DNA of 64,000 nucleotides from Desulfurococcales archaeon (GTDB lineage: Archaea; Thermoproteota; Thermoprotei_A; Sulfolobales; NBVN01), in NCBI GenBank assembly GCA_027002995.1, contig JALWZB010000061.1, forward strand, positions 3,000-66,999. Direction: 5' to 3'. Numbering within the stretch: the stretch's first letter is position 1; every line of letters begins with the position of its first letter. The notes beneath the pieces are model-generated. The model searched no databases and was not told the origin of the DNA. It was given only the letters and a program-made list of their open reading frames with translations. A program made the position numbers and the translations under genes. Below, piece after piece: positions 17,352 through 27,485 of the stretch.

Positions 17352-18689
17352 TTATATTGGTGGCTTGGTTAGATTTACTTGTCTTATTAGTGCGTAGGGT
17401 GCTTTGGTTGGTGTTTCTACTTCCCACCACCTTATCTTGTGTGTTTCTTTGGTTGCTAGTTCCCAGTTTGATAGTAAGTTAGCGAATCTGTCCGCGATCC
17501 TTATTCTTCCTAGGTGCCCTACGATCTCGCCGTTCTTTACGAGTAGTGCGGCGTCCCTGCTTACGGTTGAGAATATTCCTTCAACGTAGTTCTGTAGCCT
17601 GGTGTACCAGTTGTTGGTTATTATTATGCCGTTCCTTAATTCGCTGATTAGTTCCTCTTCACTCTTGACGTTGCCTGGAGCCACGTGTAGGTTCCATGGG
17701 GTTGGGAATAGCCACCCTGCATTGCCTGTTGATTCCGTGCCCATCTTCTTTGCTGTGCCTGTATTGTGCAGGATGTTTACGAGGACGCCGTCCTTGATTA
17801 TTGGTTTGTCCTTTGTTGGCACGCCCTCGTCGTCGAAGGCTGTTGACTCGGCTAATTCCGTGTCTCTTGGCGCGTCAATTATGGTTACGGCTTCCGAGCC
17901 TACCTTATCGCCTGGCTTGACCTTCATGAACATTGAGAAGCCCATCATTACCGCCATGGCTGAGGCCATCCAGCCTATCGTGTCGATTAGGTTCCCGATT
18001 ACTAACGGTGATAGGATGACATCGTACTTGCCTGGCGTGAAGTCTGCCTTACTGTTTGTTATGGTTGCGTACATCCCTGCACGCCTCCCCACCTCCCTTA
18101 ACGCGTTAATATCCAGTACCCTGCTCCCGTGGGCCCAGTGGCCGCTGAACTCACCCTTGAATGCCCTCAAGTACGCCTCAACTTCCGTGCCTTCCTCCAT
18201 TCCTCTGAATCCTTTGTTCGTGGCTAGCGCCTTAGTCATGCGGCCAAATACTAGTGTGCCGGCTACTCTCTCCGCGCCCTCCTTGAGTGCGGCGTCGATC
18301 ATTTCCTCCACATACTTGCCGGGTTCCTCCATGGCCTTAAGGACGTTCTGATCCACTAACCCCTCAAGGGGCTTGAACTCTGCTGGCTCGGGTAGTGGGG
18401 CGTAGATCTCGGAAGGCTCTAGCTTAGTTAGGATTTCACCAACGTTTCTTAACGCATTATCGACGGCGTCCGGGTCACTCACGGAGAGCTCCGTTGAGAA
18501 CACCCTGCCGTTCCTCGACACCAGCACCGACACCTTAGCGTCGATCCATGACTGCGTAACCGAGGGTTCGGTGTTCCATAGCTTAACCATCACGTAGTCG
18601 CGCTGCCTTACTAGGACCGCTACGTCGTCAAACCTTCCTTCGAGTCTCTTGAGTACGGACTCCGCTAACTCGAGCGCGGTTACCATCAC
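17352..18689 (-). CDS. pmbA: TldD/PmbA-family metalloprotease subunit (PmbA/TldE-like)
   Basis: 445 aa. It shows the family C-terminal pattern (GNAG, ITNNWYTR) and overlaps the tldD stop by 4 nt. Confidence 0.75.
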   Translation of the reverse strand: MMVTALELAESVLKRLEGRFDDVAVLVRQRDYVMVKLWNTEPSVTQSWIDAKVSVLVSRNGRVFSTELSVSDPDAVDNALRNVGEILTKLEPSEIYAPLPEPAEFKPLEGLVDQNVLKAMEEPGKYVEEMIDAALKEGAERVAGTLVFGRMTKALATNKGFRGMEEGTEVEAYLRAFKGEFSGHWAHGSRVLDINALREVGRRAGMYATITNSKADFTPGKYDVILSPLVIGNLIDTIGWMASAMAVMMGFSMFMKVKPGDKVGSEAVTIIDAPRDTELAESTAFDDEGVPTKDKPIIKDGVLVNILHNTGTAKKMGTESTGNAGWLFPTPWNLHVAPGNVKSEEELISELRNGIIITNNWYTRLQNYVEGIFSTVSRDAALLVKNGEIVGHLGRIRIADRFANLLSNWELATKETHKIRWWEVETPTKAPYALIRQVNLTKPPI

Positions 18690-20182
18690 GCGATCACCCC
18701 CAACCTTATCTTAGCTAGCCTCACGTCAGGGCCTCCAAACCATACGGGGACGCCCTGCGGTGGTTCACCCTTCCCACACGTTCCTGGGTAGAATCTCAGG
18801 TGCTTGTCGACGCCCACGATGTTGCTGTAGAAGCCCTTGGTAGTGATCTCGAGCACTGGGTTCCTGACGGGCTCGGCTAACTCGCCGTTCCTTATCATGT
18901 ATGCTTCGAGGCCCACGTATCTCTGGTTCCACCGCATGTCGTCGATGTTCCACTCCATGTAGGACTTTATGAACACCCCTAACTTGATGTCCTCTATTAG
19001 TTCCTCGAAGCTCATGTCCCCTGGCTTGAGGTACGTGTTGCTCATCCTTATGATGGGTTCTGAGGCGTAATCCATTGCCCTGGCTGCTGCGTTGCTCGAG
19101 GTGCCCATGAGTTTCGCCGTGTGTCTGTTGTGGAGGGGCTCGTAGATGATGCCTTCCTTGTAGAGGTACCTGGGCCTGGCCGGGACGCCCTCGTCGTCGA
19201 AGAGGTAGTAGCCGTTACTGCCCGGTATCGTGGGGTCTTCGATGACGGTGGCATACTTCGTCCCTATCCTATACTTACCTATCATGTCCGGCTTGACGAA
19301 TGACTCGCCTGCCTGCGCGGCTTCCCTCCCGAGCATCCTGTCAGCCTCCATAGGGTGCCCGGCTGACTCATGCACGAGTAGGCCGACGACCTCTGAACCA
19401 ACGACAACGTCAATGGACTCCTTCGGTGGCTCAACACCCTTAAGGAATACTTTCTCTAGGTTCCTTACCTCCTCACTCACGACCTCCTCTAGGCGCCACG
19501 AATCAATGAGTTCCGCGCCTCCGGAAGCCTCCTTCTCGATAGTTCTCTGAAGCGTTCCCTTCTGTGGGTGGGCTAGGACGAAGTTAATGAATGCCGTTAC
19601 GCGTGGAACGACTGAGTGAATTGCTGCACCGTCCGAATTAATCACTAACTTCTCCTGAAGGCGCGTACCGGCCTGAAACATCACGGCGGGAACCTTAACC
19701 TCCTTTACCGACGAGTTTATTGTTTCGGTAAGCTTCTTGCCGAGTTCTGTGAGTGTCTCAGCCGTTAGGTCGCCTAGGGGCCTCTTCACGGCGACCTCGT
19801 AGGATGCCCTTCCAACCCTCTCGTCGCTGAACTCTATCGGCGTTTTTCTGAGACTTGCTGTGGCCCTAGCCCTAGTGATTGCCGCCATGATAGCGCGTTC
19901 AACGCCCTCCCTAGTTAGGGTGTTTGTTGCGGCGAAACCTAATGATCCATTAATTATTACCCGTACCCCGATACCTTCACGCACCTCGCTACCGACACCG
20001 ACAGTGCGTGCGTTCCTGAGGATGACACCTGACGTGACGTCGCGCTGATACCTGGCTTCGGCGTAGGAGGCGCCAGCTTCCAGGGCTTTATCAACCGCCC
20101 ATTGAAGCAGGCCTTCATCTAACGCGGTCAAAAGTTCACCCAATTTACATAGCTGGCTAATGATAATAAAGGTTCGACTCAA
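18686..20182 (-). CDS. tldD: TldD-family metalloprotease
   Basis: 498 aa. It has the HESAGHPMEADR zinc motif (HExxxH) and GTSSNAAARA. Confidence 0.8.
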   Translation of the reverse strand: MSRTFIIISQLCKLGELLTALDEGLLQWAVDKALEAGASYAEARYQRDVTSGVILRNARTVGVGSEVREGIGVRVIINGSLGFAATNTLTREGVERAIMAAITRARATASLRKTPIEFSDERVGRASYEVAVKRPLGDLTAETLTELGKKLTETINSSVKEVKVPAVMFQAGTRLQEKLVINSDGAAIHSVVPRVTAFINFVLAHPQKGTLQRTIEKEASGGAELIDSWRLEEVVSEEVRNLEKVFLKGVEPPKESIDVVVGSEVVGLLVHESAGHPMEADRMLGREAAQAGESFVKPDMIGKYRIGTKYATVIEDPTIPGSNGYYLFDDEGVPARPRYLYKEGIIYEPLHNRHTAKLMGTSSNAAARAMDYASEPIIRMSNTYLKPGDMSFEELIEDIKLGVFIKSYMEWNIDDMRWNQRYVGLEAYMIRNGELAEPVRNPVLEITTKGFYSNIVGVDKHLRFYPGTCGKGEPPQGVPVWFGGPDVRLAKIRLGVIA

Positions 20183-20201
20183 TTAGAATATTCTTCGACA
20201 C

Positions 20202-20663
20202 TTAACCCTTGCATTGCTTAATTAATTTAGACACCTTACTCAAGTACCTAGCAACCTTAACGCTCTCCTTCGGAACCTCGACCACGCCCTCCCCCTTAGA
20301 GATGACGAAGTGCCTCCTTCGTATATCACCTTCAAGCCCCGTTACTTTGAAAGCTTCCTCAACCATGAAGTGCAACTGAACACAGTGGGGTGAACCGTCA
20401 ACCGTCAGCACAGCAACTTCTTTAAGGAAGTCCCTACACCTGCGTAGTATCCCGGCTAATTTAAACCCAACCATGTTGATATGTTCCTCCTCGAGGCAGA
20501 CCGAGAACACTGAGTACCCCGCGTTTTTGAAGGGTAACAGCGCTTCACTATGTTCGACCTCGACGCACCTACCTATTATCAACATTTTATCGCTTGAGCG
20601 AATCCTCTTGGACCTAGCGTTGCAGTCTATTAACTTAGGCGTGCTGTAGGGCATTTGAGGCAC
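20202..20663 (-). CDS. hypothetical Cys/His-rich protein
   Basis: 153-aa ORF with conserved-looking Cys/His residues (GRCVEVEHSE, SVCLEEEH, GSPHCVQLH). Family not recognised. Confidence 0.45.
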   Translation of the reverse strand: MPQMPYSTPKLIDCNARSKRIRSSDKMLIIGRCVEVEHSEALLPFKNAGYSVFSVCLEEEHINMVGFKLAGILRRCRDFLKEVAVLTVDGSPHCVQLHFMVEEAFKVTGLEGDIRRRHFVISKGEGVVEVPKESVKVARYLSKVSKLIKQCKG

Positions 20664-20758
20664 CTTTGACCATATTTAAAATACGTACTCACCTTAAATG
20701 CCGTAACTCATGATGGTAAGGTACTTTGGCGCTCATACAAAAGAAGACTTCGAGAACT

Positions 20759-22804
20759 ATGAAGGTCAGGGGAGGACTCTCGAAAATCGTGGGCACCGTG
20801 CTCCTCATGCTAGTGACTGTGTCTATGGGTGTAGTGCTATATGCATACATGCAGAACAAGACATCATCTAGTGTGGGGAATACCTTACCGCAAGTGAGGG
20901 TGGGGTTCGCCACCATAGAGAAGTACTTCTGGCGAGGTGATCTGGTAGTGTATGTTGCTAATCATGGTGACCAGGAGCTTAAGCTTGACAAAGCTTACTT
21001 AAGGGTGGGTAATGAATGGGTAGCCGTTAAGTCAAGCCTACCTACGTCAATACCGCCACATAGTAGCAAGGCAGTCATAGTGTCCACAGTAAACATACCT
21101 CCAGGAAATCATGAGTTGCGGCTGGCCGGGCCCGGCGGATACGTGGGGAGCATAGTTGACCCACCCGGTTCAGCCATCATGGACTATATAGGCACAATAA
21201 CGCCCGCAGCAACTATTAACTCCCCGATAACGCCCGCATCGGGTTTCCTAGCGAAGTTCTACGACATAAGGGGGCTAGAGAAGGTTCCCTCAGTAAATGA
21301 AATCTTAGGACTTGGTGATGACCGGTTACTTGATGAACGCGTTGTTCAGCAAATACGTTTCAGCGATACGGTTAGTGGCCTACCTAGGTGGGGTCTTCCT
21401 CAAACAGACAGGTTTGCCGCTGTCTTCGAGGGCGTCGTGAGTGTTAAGGAGAAATCAGTGCTGAAGATAACCGCAGTCAGTGACGATGGCGTTTACATCA
21501 CCGTTGATGGGAAGGTAGTAATTAATGGGTGGCGGCTTCAAGCAGCAACTAGGTATGAAGGAAGCATTACATTATCTCCCGGAAACCATGAGGTAGTTGT
21601 AGTTTACTTTGAGAACTACGGGATAGCCACGCTAGAGGTGAGCCTAGACCTCGTGCCTGTGACCCAGAATGCATTTAGCGTGATCAGTATCACGGGGAAG
21701 TATTATGACACAACAGATTACAATCCCTCCAATCCCGACTACAGGAAAGTACTCAATGATGAACTACCAACGAAGTTCTTTGAGGATACTGAGCAAGCAA
21801 TCGACTATACCGACCATTCGGCCTACGGAGGTAAGCCATGGCCCTTCACGAACACGTACAGAGACGTCAATTGCTTCGCCGCGCACTGGGTAGTTAAAGT
21901 CCAAGTCAACGTGCCGGGCATGTATGAGGTGAACGCAATAAGCGATGACGGGATAGTTATCTTACTGGACAACAGCAAGCAGGTAATATCTGACTGGACC
22001 CTACATGGCCCAAGGCAATATACACAGGTAATTTACCTCTCTAAAGGAACTCACAGGTTCGACATAGCGTATTACGAGAACTACGGCATCGCAAGGGCTT
22101 ACTTTAACTTAAGCTTCATCGGTAACACTAACCAAGTGGTTAGTGGAGGATGGGAGGCGGTAGTATATGATTTAACTCACTACACCTGGGGCTCCCTAAA
22201 CCTTAACGAACTCTACGACAACATAATTCAAGGGAAGTTCCCCGTAGTCGGGAAGTACAGGGTCGACTACATAGACTTTACCGACCACGCAGTATACGGT
22301 GGTAGTCCATGGTTCTTCAGCGGTCACGGAACTGACTACTTCGCAGTGGTCTTCAAGACAACGATTAATGTCAAGGATTACATAGTGCTAAATATAAACG
22401 TGTATACTGACGACGGCACGAAGGTGTTGGTAGATGGAAACGTTGTTCTAGACGCTTGGCGCCTACAGTCGCCCCATCACTATTCCGCAGGGATAGCGCT
22501 AGCACCAGGCAGTCACGAGATAGCGGTGGTTTACTTTGAGAGGACAGGTATTGCGAGACTTAAGGTCGACCTATACCCCTCAGCACCCGTGTATGCCGGG
22601 CGCAAGGATGTATTCACACTCGTGATCAATGACCCCAGCGCCGTCCCCAAAGATTTCAGAATCACACTTATTAATGAGAAGGGCATCATTGGTGAGAAGG
22701 AAGTACATATTACAGGAACGTCTAAACAAGTCATTACGATCAAGGTTAAGGGAGATTCCCTGCCGACGAGGGGAGCAATAGTTATCTGGGGAGGGAGAAA
22801 GTAG
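20759..22804 (+). CDS. surface protein with archaeal class III (pilin-like) signal peptide and three PA14-like domains
   Basis: The ORF is open from 20726 (TTG), but the likely start is the ATG at 20759, giving MKVRGGLSKIVGTVLLMLVTVSMGVVLYAY (KG/RG motif plus hydrophobic helix). Three repeats follow the pattern F-A-A/V-x-F/W..(V/I)SDDG..(V/L)DG..V(I/L)..W.....Y.....L..G.HE(V/I).V.YFE..G.A.L.V.L. Confidence 0.8.
   Translation: MKVRGGLSKIVGTVLLMLVTVSMGVVLYAYMQNKTSSSVGNTLPQVRVGFATIEKYFWRGDLVVYVANHGDQELKLDKAYLRVGNEWVAVKSSLPTSIPPHSSKAVIVSTVNIPPGNHELRLAGPGGYVGSIVDPPGSAIMDYIGTITPAATINSPITPASGFLAKFYDIRGLEKVPSVNEILGLGDDRLLDERVVQQIRFSDTVSGLPRWGLPQTDRFAAVFEGVVSVKEKSVLKITAVSDDGVYITVDGKVVINGWRLQAATRYEGSITLSPGNHEVVVVYFENYGIATLEVSLDLVPVTQNAFSVISITGKYYDTTDYNPSNPDYRKVLNDELPTKFFEDTEQAIDYTDHSAYGGKPWPFTNTYRDVNCFAAHWVVKVQVNVPGMYEVNAISDDGIVILLDNSKQVISDWTLHGPRQYTQVIYLSKGTHRFDIAYYENYGIARAYFNLSFIGNTNQVVSGGWEAVVYDLTHYTWGSLNLNELYDNIIQGKFPVVGKYRVDYIDFTDHAVYGGSPWFFSGHGTDYFAVVFKTTINVKDYIVLNINVYTDDGTKVLVDGNVVLDAWRLQSPHHYSAGIALAPGSHEIAVVYFERTGIARLKVDLYPSAPVYAGRKDVFTLVINDPSAVPKDFRITLINEKGIIGEKEVHITGTSKQVITIKVKGDSLPTRGAIVIWGGRK
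21242..22573 (+). repeat. three tandem PA14-like modules (protein-level repeats) inside the 20759-22804 gene
   Basis: The modules lie at about nt 21242-21649, 21692-22117 and 22151-22573. Each ends in ..VVYFENYGIATLEVSL / IAYYENYGIARAYFNLSF / VVYFERTGIARLKVDL. Confidence 0.7.
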
Positions 22805-22848
22805 CGCGTTAGGTAACAGACGTGTTAGGAAGATGTCTTGAACGACGA

Positions 22849-24285
22849 TCAATCGATTGGTTCGCTGAGCTTCGACACGAATCTCAGGTAGGATGAGTAC
22901 CTTGCGAGGGCTGCAGCTACACGCGCTCCTCTTTCCGGTGTCACGTACACAGGAATGCCCTGCTTTTGGAGGTCCATGATCTCATCCTTGCTAGCACCTA
23001 GAAGCACGGGTATCAGCGCCTTGTCCTCGCTCCCTCTCCACTTCGCCAGCGAGCTTGAAGCTTTTAGGGTCATACCCGCTAACACGATCATCACGATATC
23101 AACCCTCTGATCCTTCATTACCTCCTCTATGGCTGAGTTTATCTCGGATTCGCTGGCGTCACGCGGTAAGTTGAGGGGATTACTGATCAGTGAGTACTCG
23201 CTGACCCTTCTCCTGAGGATTCTCTTCACCTCTGGGCTTGTCTTAGCCAATCTTAGTCCTAGCTCCTCTAAGGCGTCAGCTAATATGACCCCAGCACCTA
23301 TTGACGTAGTGATTATCTGCACGTTAGATCCACGTACCAATGGTAGCAACGCCAGCCCTTTCCACATGTCGTAAAGCTCCTCTAAACTAGTAGCGGGGAG
23401 CACTCCGGTCTTCCTGAAGGCTTCAAGGTATAACCTGTAGTGCCCTGCAGGCATTCCAAGTCGGGAGGCTACAGCAAAAGCACCTGACCTAGTCCTGCCT
23501 GACTTTAGGGCAACGACAGGTTTCCTGAGGGTTGTCTTTTCTAGCACCTTCATGAGCCTTCTGCCGTCTCTTACTGCTTCAATGTATAGCGCGATACTCT
23601 TGCTTTCGTCGTCCTCAGCCAAGTACTCTAGGATGTCTACCTCATCTAGGTCGGCTTTGTTTCCTAGCGTAGCTAACTTACTTATTCCTAAGCCCTCCTC
23701 AACAGCCCAGGCTATGAGCGTTGATGCTATGGCGCCACTCCTCGACACTATAGCTAGAGGGCCTTGCTCCTTCACAAGCGGCCATGACGCATAGAAGTAT
23801 TTGCTTGGGTTTCCCACACCTTGCGAGCCCGGCCCTAAAACCCTAATACCGTGCTTCCTCGCCGCCTCCAAAACTCTGTCCTCTAGGTCTCTCTTCGACG
23901 TCCTTCCGGTCTCACTAAAGCCTCTGGATAGTATGATTACGACGCGAACCCCTCTTGCTCCGAGCTCCTCCACCACCTTGGGAACTTCCTCCGTAGGTAC
24001 TGACACTATCGCTAGTTCCACGCCTTCAGGTAGTTCGGATACTGAGGAGTACGTAGGAACGCCTAATTCTCGTCCTATGTTTGCTGGGCCGATAGCGTAT
24101 AGTTCTCCTTTGAAGCCCATTCGCACTATGTTCTTTAGGACCTCGTATCCCGGGTTTCTTGTGTCTTTCCTAACACCTACTACGGCTACGGATTTTGGCT
24201 CGAATATTTTCCTGATTACTTCCTTTATGCTCAATCCACTAACGCCCTCACGTACCTTCTGAGCTCCCTGGATTTTTTGTCTCAA
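22849..24285 (-). CDS. ADP-forming acyl-CoA (acetyl-CoA) synthetase, alpha subunit
   Basis: 478 aa. It has a CoA-binding Rossmann fold (PKSVAVVGVRKDTRNPGYEVLKNI) and succinyl-CoA-synthetase alpha-like domains (VSRSGAIAS). Confidence 0.8.
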   Translation of the reverse strand: MRQKIQGAQKVREGVSGLSIKEVIRKIFEPKSVAVVGVRKDTRNPGYEVLKNIVRMGFKGELYAIGPANIGRELGVPTYSSVSELPEGVELAIVSVPTEEVPKVVEELGARGVRVVIILSRGFSETGRTSKRDLEDRVLEAARKHGIRVLGPGSQGVGNPSKYFYASWPLVKEQGPLAIVSRSGAIASTLIAWAVEEGLGISKLATLGNKADLDEVDILEYLAEDDESKSIALYIEAVRDGRRLMKVLEKTTLRKPVVALKSGRTRSGAFAVASRLGMPAGHYRLYLEAFRKTGVLPATSLEELYDMWKGLALLPLVRGSNVQIITTSIGAGVILADALEELGLRLAKTSPEVKRILRRRVSEYSLISNPLNLPRDASESEINSAIEEVMKDQRVDIVMIVLAGMTLKASSSLAKWRGSEDKALIPVLLGASKDEIMDLQKQGIPVYVTPERGARVAAALARYSSYLRFVSKLSEPID

Positions 24286-24770
24286 GACTTATTACTTTTA
24301 TATTCATTAAGAGAGCGAATTACACAAGACCCTAAAGGTCGGCAGGTGGCAGGGCTTGACTCGTCATCAATACTTATCTTAAGACCGTGAGGACACACTA
24401 TAGGGCATCCTAGGTTCCTCCAGATACATTGGAGCGAGTCCATAGGTATGCTTAACTCTATTAACCGGGCGACCATGCATGCCTCATCCTTGCTTAAGCC
24501 TAGCTTAAGCAGGGCGCCCTCAACAACGCCGTGCCGCCAAATTATCTCTTTAACCAGCCGGAACCCCTCATCAGTTAGTTCATACCCACCCTCAACACGC
24601 TTAACTAAACCTTGAACGGCTAGCTTCTTCAGCATTAAGGTCACCGTGGGCTTAGCTACGCCTAAAGCGTCAGCAATGACGGACGGTTTCACGGGATTCG
24701 ATGCTCCCCCCTTGACGTAGAGCGCCACTAAGTAGTCCGCCTCCCTAACACTTAGGGAATTAGCTTTCAC
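24282..24770 (-). CDS. DtxR/MntR-family metal-dependent transcriptional regulator
   Basis: 162 aa. It has an N-terminal wHTH (ADYLVALYV...IADALGVAKPTVTLMLKKLAVQGLV) and a dimerisation helix. It is the last gene of the metal ABC operon, overlapping its neighbours by 4 and 11 nt. Confidence 0.8.
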   Translation of the reverse strand: MKANSLSVREADYLVALYVKGGASNPVKPSVIADALGVAKPTVTLMLKKLAVQGLVKRVEGGYELTDEGFRLVKEIIWRHGVVEGALLKLGLSKDEACMVARLIELSIPMDSLQCIWRNLGCPIVCPHGLKISIDDESSPATCRPLGSCVIRSLNEYKSNKS

Positions 24771-25584
24771 GCCTCATCACCAGGAGCGTTACTAAGGCTC
24801 CCGAGGCAACTACCCCTACACCACCTGATGGAGGTATGTTTAGGGACCACGCGAGCGCGTAACCTATTGTCATAACCGCTACGCTGACAAAGTAGCTGAG
24901 CTTAAATGGATTCGGGCTTCTAACCCTAAGCGCTAGTAGGCCCGGCACCGAGATAATTATATGGGCAAGCAAGACGCCTAAGCTCATCGCTAGTGACGCA
25001 GCCGCTACCGATGCCGTAAAGTAGTAGAGATACCTGTAAGCCCTGACCGGCAGCCCCATCGCCTCAGCCCCTTCAGGGTCGAAGGCCACATACTTGAATT
25101 CACACCAGAATAAGTGAATCAACGGGATAACCACCACGAGCACCGCGGCTAACCTCACGACATCATGCCATGTCGCTAGCGCTGAAACCCCGAACACGTA
25201 GCCGAAGGCTTTACTAACGCCGTAAGGGGTGGTGAGGGCTACGATGTAAGTCATTATCACGGCCACCGAGACACTCACGCTAACCGATATCGCCACCGCA
25301 GCATCCTCTGGGAAGCCACGCGCCACTGCCTCAGCCGTTAGGAGGGACGCTGTTAATGACATTACCACGGCCGTAAGTAGGGGGTTCACCGGTAGGTGTA
25401 GGGCATCATGTAAGTACACCCCTATTAACGCCCCTGCAAGCACTGAGTGCATTAGCGTTATTCCGAAGGTGACTGACTTAGAGTACGCCAGCGCGGGGCT
25501 AACCGACCCCGCAAGTAACCCGCTTAACACCGCAGCAAGGTAAACCGGTATTAAGATTGGATTAACGAGGAACATGGTCCTCAC
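24760..25584 (-). CDS. ABC-3 family metal (Zn/Mn) transporter permease
   Basis: 274 aa, about 8 TM helices, in a ZnuB/MntB-like context. Confidence 0.8.
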   Translation of the reverse strand: MRTMFLVNPILIPVYLAAVLSGLLAGSVSPALAYSKSVTFGITLMHSVLAGALIGVYLHDALHLPVNPLLTAVVMSLTASLLTAEAVARGFPEDAAVAISVSVSVSVAVIMTYIVALTTPYGVSKAFGYVFGVSALATWHDVVRLAAVLVVVIPLIHLFWCEFKYVAFDPEGAEAMGLPVRAYRYLYYFTASVAAASLAMSLGVLLAHIIISVPGLLALRVRSPNPFKLSYFVSVAVMTIGYALAWSLNIPPSGGVGVVASGALVTLLVMRRES

Positions 25585-26362
25585 CTAGGATTATAGCTCC
25601 CTCAACCTCGGTCATGCCCGGATATGCTAACTTCAAGGTTTCGGGCCTTAACACGTCCCTGAGTTTACCAACCGCGTATACTCTCTTGTTAATTAGTATT
25701 ACTGTGGGCTCAAGGATTAAGCAGGGGGAGATGTCGTGAGCTGTGAGTAGTATGTCAACGCCTCTCTCAATATGGAGCTTCTGGAGAAGTTTAATCATCT
25801 CGCACCTTGCTTTGAAGTCGAGCATCGAGCATGGCTCGTCAAGAACCAGTAATTTAGGTTTCCTAACTAGAGCACGAGCTATTAACACCCTCTGCTTCTG
25901 CCCGCCCGATAGCTCGTTGAAGAGGCGTCCCTCAAGACCCTCCAAACCAACCATGCTTAACGCCTTGCCCACCTCATCCCGAATTCTTTTGGTTAACCTT
26001 CTAGGTGGTGGTAGTCTTGATAGAATACCCATAGCGACGACCTCCTCAACCCTAACCGGGACCTCCTGCCTGACCAGGAGGAGCTGAGGTACGTACCCTA
26101 TGGTCTCCCTAATGACCTCGGGTTTCTCCCATGGTCTAATGCCGTAAACCATTACGTCACCCTTGATCGGTTTGAGTAACCCTATTATCACGCGCAGGAG
26201 CGTGGTCTTCCCTGCCCCGTTAGGACCCATTAAAACCGCGAAGAACGGTGATTCAAGCTTGAAGGTAACGTCAACTAGTGCTGATCTACCATTGTACCCG
26301 GCATACACATTATGTAAGCTAACGGAACGCCCTTCAATACCTACGTCACTTAAGTGTTGCAT
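25562..26362 (-). CDS. metal ABC transporter ATP-binding protein
   Basis: 266 aa. It has Walker A GPNGAGKTT, signature LSGGQKQR and Walker B LLVLDEP. Confidence 0.9.
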   Translation of the reverse strand: MQHLSDVGIEGRSVSLHNVYAGYNGRSALVDVTFKLESPFFAVLMGPNGAGKTTLLRVIIGLLKPIKGDVMVYGIRPWEKPEVIRETIGYVPQLLLVRQEVPVRVEEVVAMGILSRLPPPRRLTKRIRDEVGKALSMVGLEGLEGRLFNELSGGQKQRVLIARALVRKPKLLVLDEPCSMLDFKARCEMIKLLQKLHIERGVDILLTAHDISPCLILEPTVILINKRVYAVGKLRDVLRPETLKLAYPGMTEVEGAIILGEDHVPR

Positions 26363-27437
26363 TCGCTATCACCCTCCTGTACCTGTTAAGGACAGCAACT
26401 AGCACGAGAATCAACACGGCCTCACAAGTAGCTAGCCATACGGCAAACTCATGAAGTAACTCCCACCCATTATCGTTGCTACTACTCAAGCATCCGTTAC
26501 TCCCGCTCGAACCGGGTTGTGCTAATGAGCGTAATTCCCAAGCGAGAGCTGATGATATTGCTTGTGGTGTGCTGGAGAGCTTAGCTATAGGAACTAGTAT
26601 CACAGGTACCCCTAACCCGCGAGCGAGTGCAACGATTTTCGGGTTCTTAGCTGCGACCATGTCGGATATTAGGAAAGCGTCTATTTTGTGGGTCTTAACA
26701 GCGTTAATGAGTGCTGTAACGTCGTTCTCAGAAGGCTCCGACTCAACGTCCGGCAACAGTACGAACGTCACATTAAGTCCTAGTTCCTCAACGACATACT
26801 GAAGTGGAGGACCTGCTAACCCCACGCGTAGGCCGGGAGGCACCGTCTCGCGTAAAGCGCTTAACTCGCTCATCAAGTCATGAACCAATGCGTCAGCTCT
26901 CGCCCTAAAATAGGTGGCGTGTGCTGGGTCAATGGCTGAGAGTACATCACTGACTGTCCTAGCAACCGCGCAGAGACCGGTAAGTGAGAACAAGTATCCG
27001 TGAGGGTTAGGCAGGCCTGTCTTCGGGTTAGGAAGTATTTTCAGTCCGTGACGCACGTAGTCTTCATAGTCAACGATGACTGCCTTTATTGCACCCTCCC
27101 TAGCTAACTCCTTTATCCTTAACTCAACGGGTAAATGAGTTGGGCCTGTGACGAAGATCACGTCAGCGTTCTTTAACATGCTGACTAACTGTGAAGGCGG
27201 TGGCTCATACGTGTGTGGGTCAGTACCGGGTGGCACTATATCCGTCACGCTCACTAGGTCGCCCCCAACTTCCTTAACGACCCAGAGGAGGGAGGACGAC
27301 GATACAACCACACGTATACCGCTAACATTCTCCGACGTACCGGCATGCACGCCCTCCACATTTACTGAAACAACGGCAACTAGCAGTAGGGTCGCCGTAA
27401 GTAAGGCTGTCACTCGAGACATACTTACTTCCCGCAT
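26346..27437 (-). CDS. ZnuA/TroA-like metal-binding lipoprotein/solute-binding protein with C-terminal membrane anchor
   Basis: 363 aa. It has an N-terminal signal (ALLTATLLLVAVVSV), cluster-9 SBP metal ligands (GTDPHTYEP, NPHGY), and a C-terminal hydrophobic helix (VWLATCEAVLILVLVAVL). Confidence 0.75.
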   Translation of the reverse strand: MREVSMSRVTALLTATLLLVAVVSVNVEGVHAGTSENVSGIRVVVSSSSLLWVVKEVGGDLVSVTDIVPPGTDPHTYEPPPSQLVSMLKNADVIFVTGPTHLPVELRIKELAREGAIKAVIVDYEDYVRHGLKILPNPKTGLPNPHGYLFSLTGLCAVARTVSDVLSAIDPAHATYFRARADALVHDLMSELSALRETVPPGLRVGLAGPPLQYVVEELGLNVTFVLLPDVESEPSENDVTALINAVKTHKIDAFLISDMVAAKNPKIVALARGLGVPVILVPIAKLSSTPQAISSALAWELRSLAQPGSSGSNGCLSSSNDNGWELLHEFAVWLATCEAVLILVLVAVLNRYRRVIANATLK

Positions 27438-27485
27438 GACTGCCCCCTGAGTTTTATGGTGTAAAACCAGTTATAACTTCTTAAG

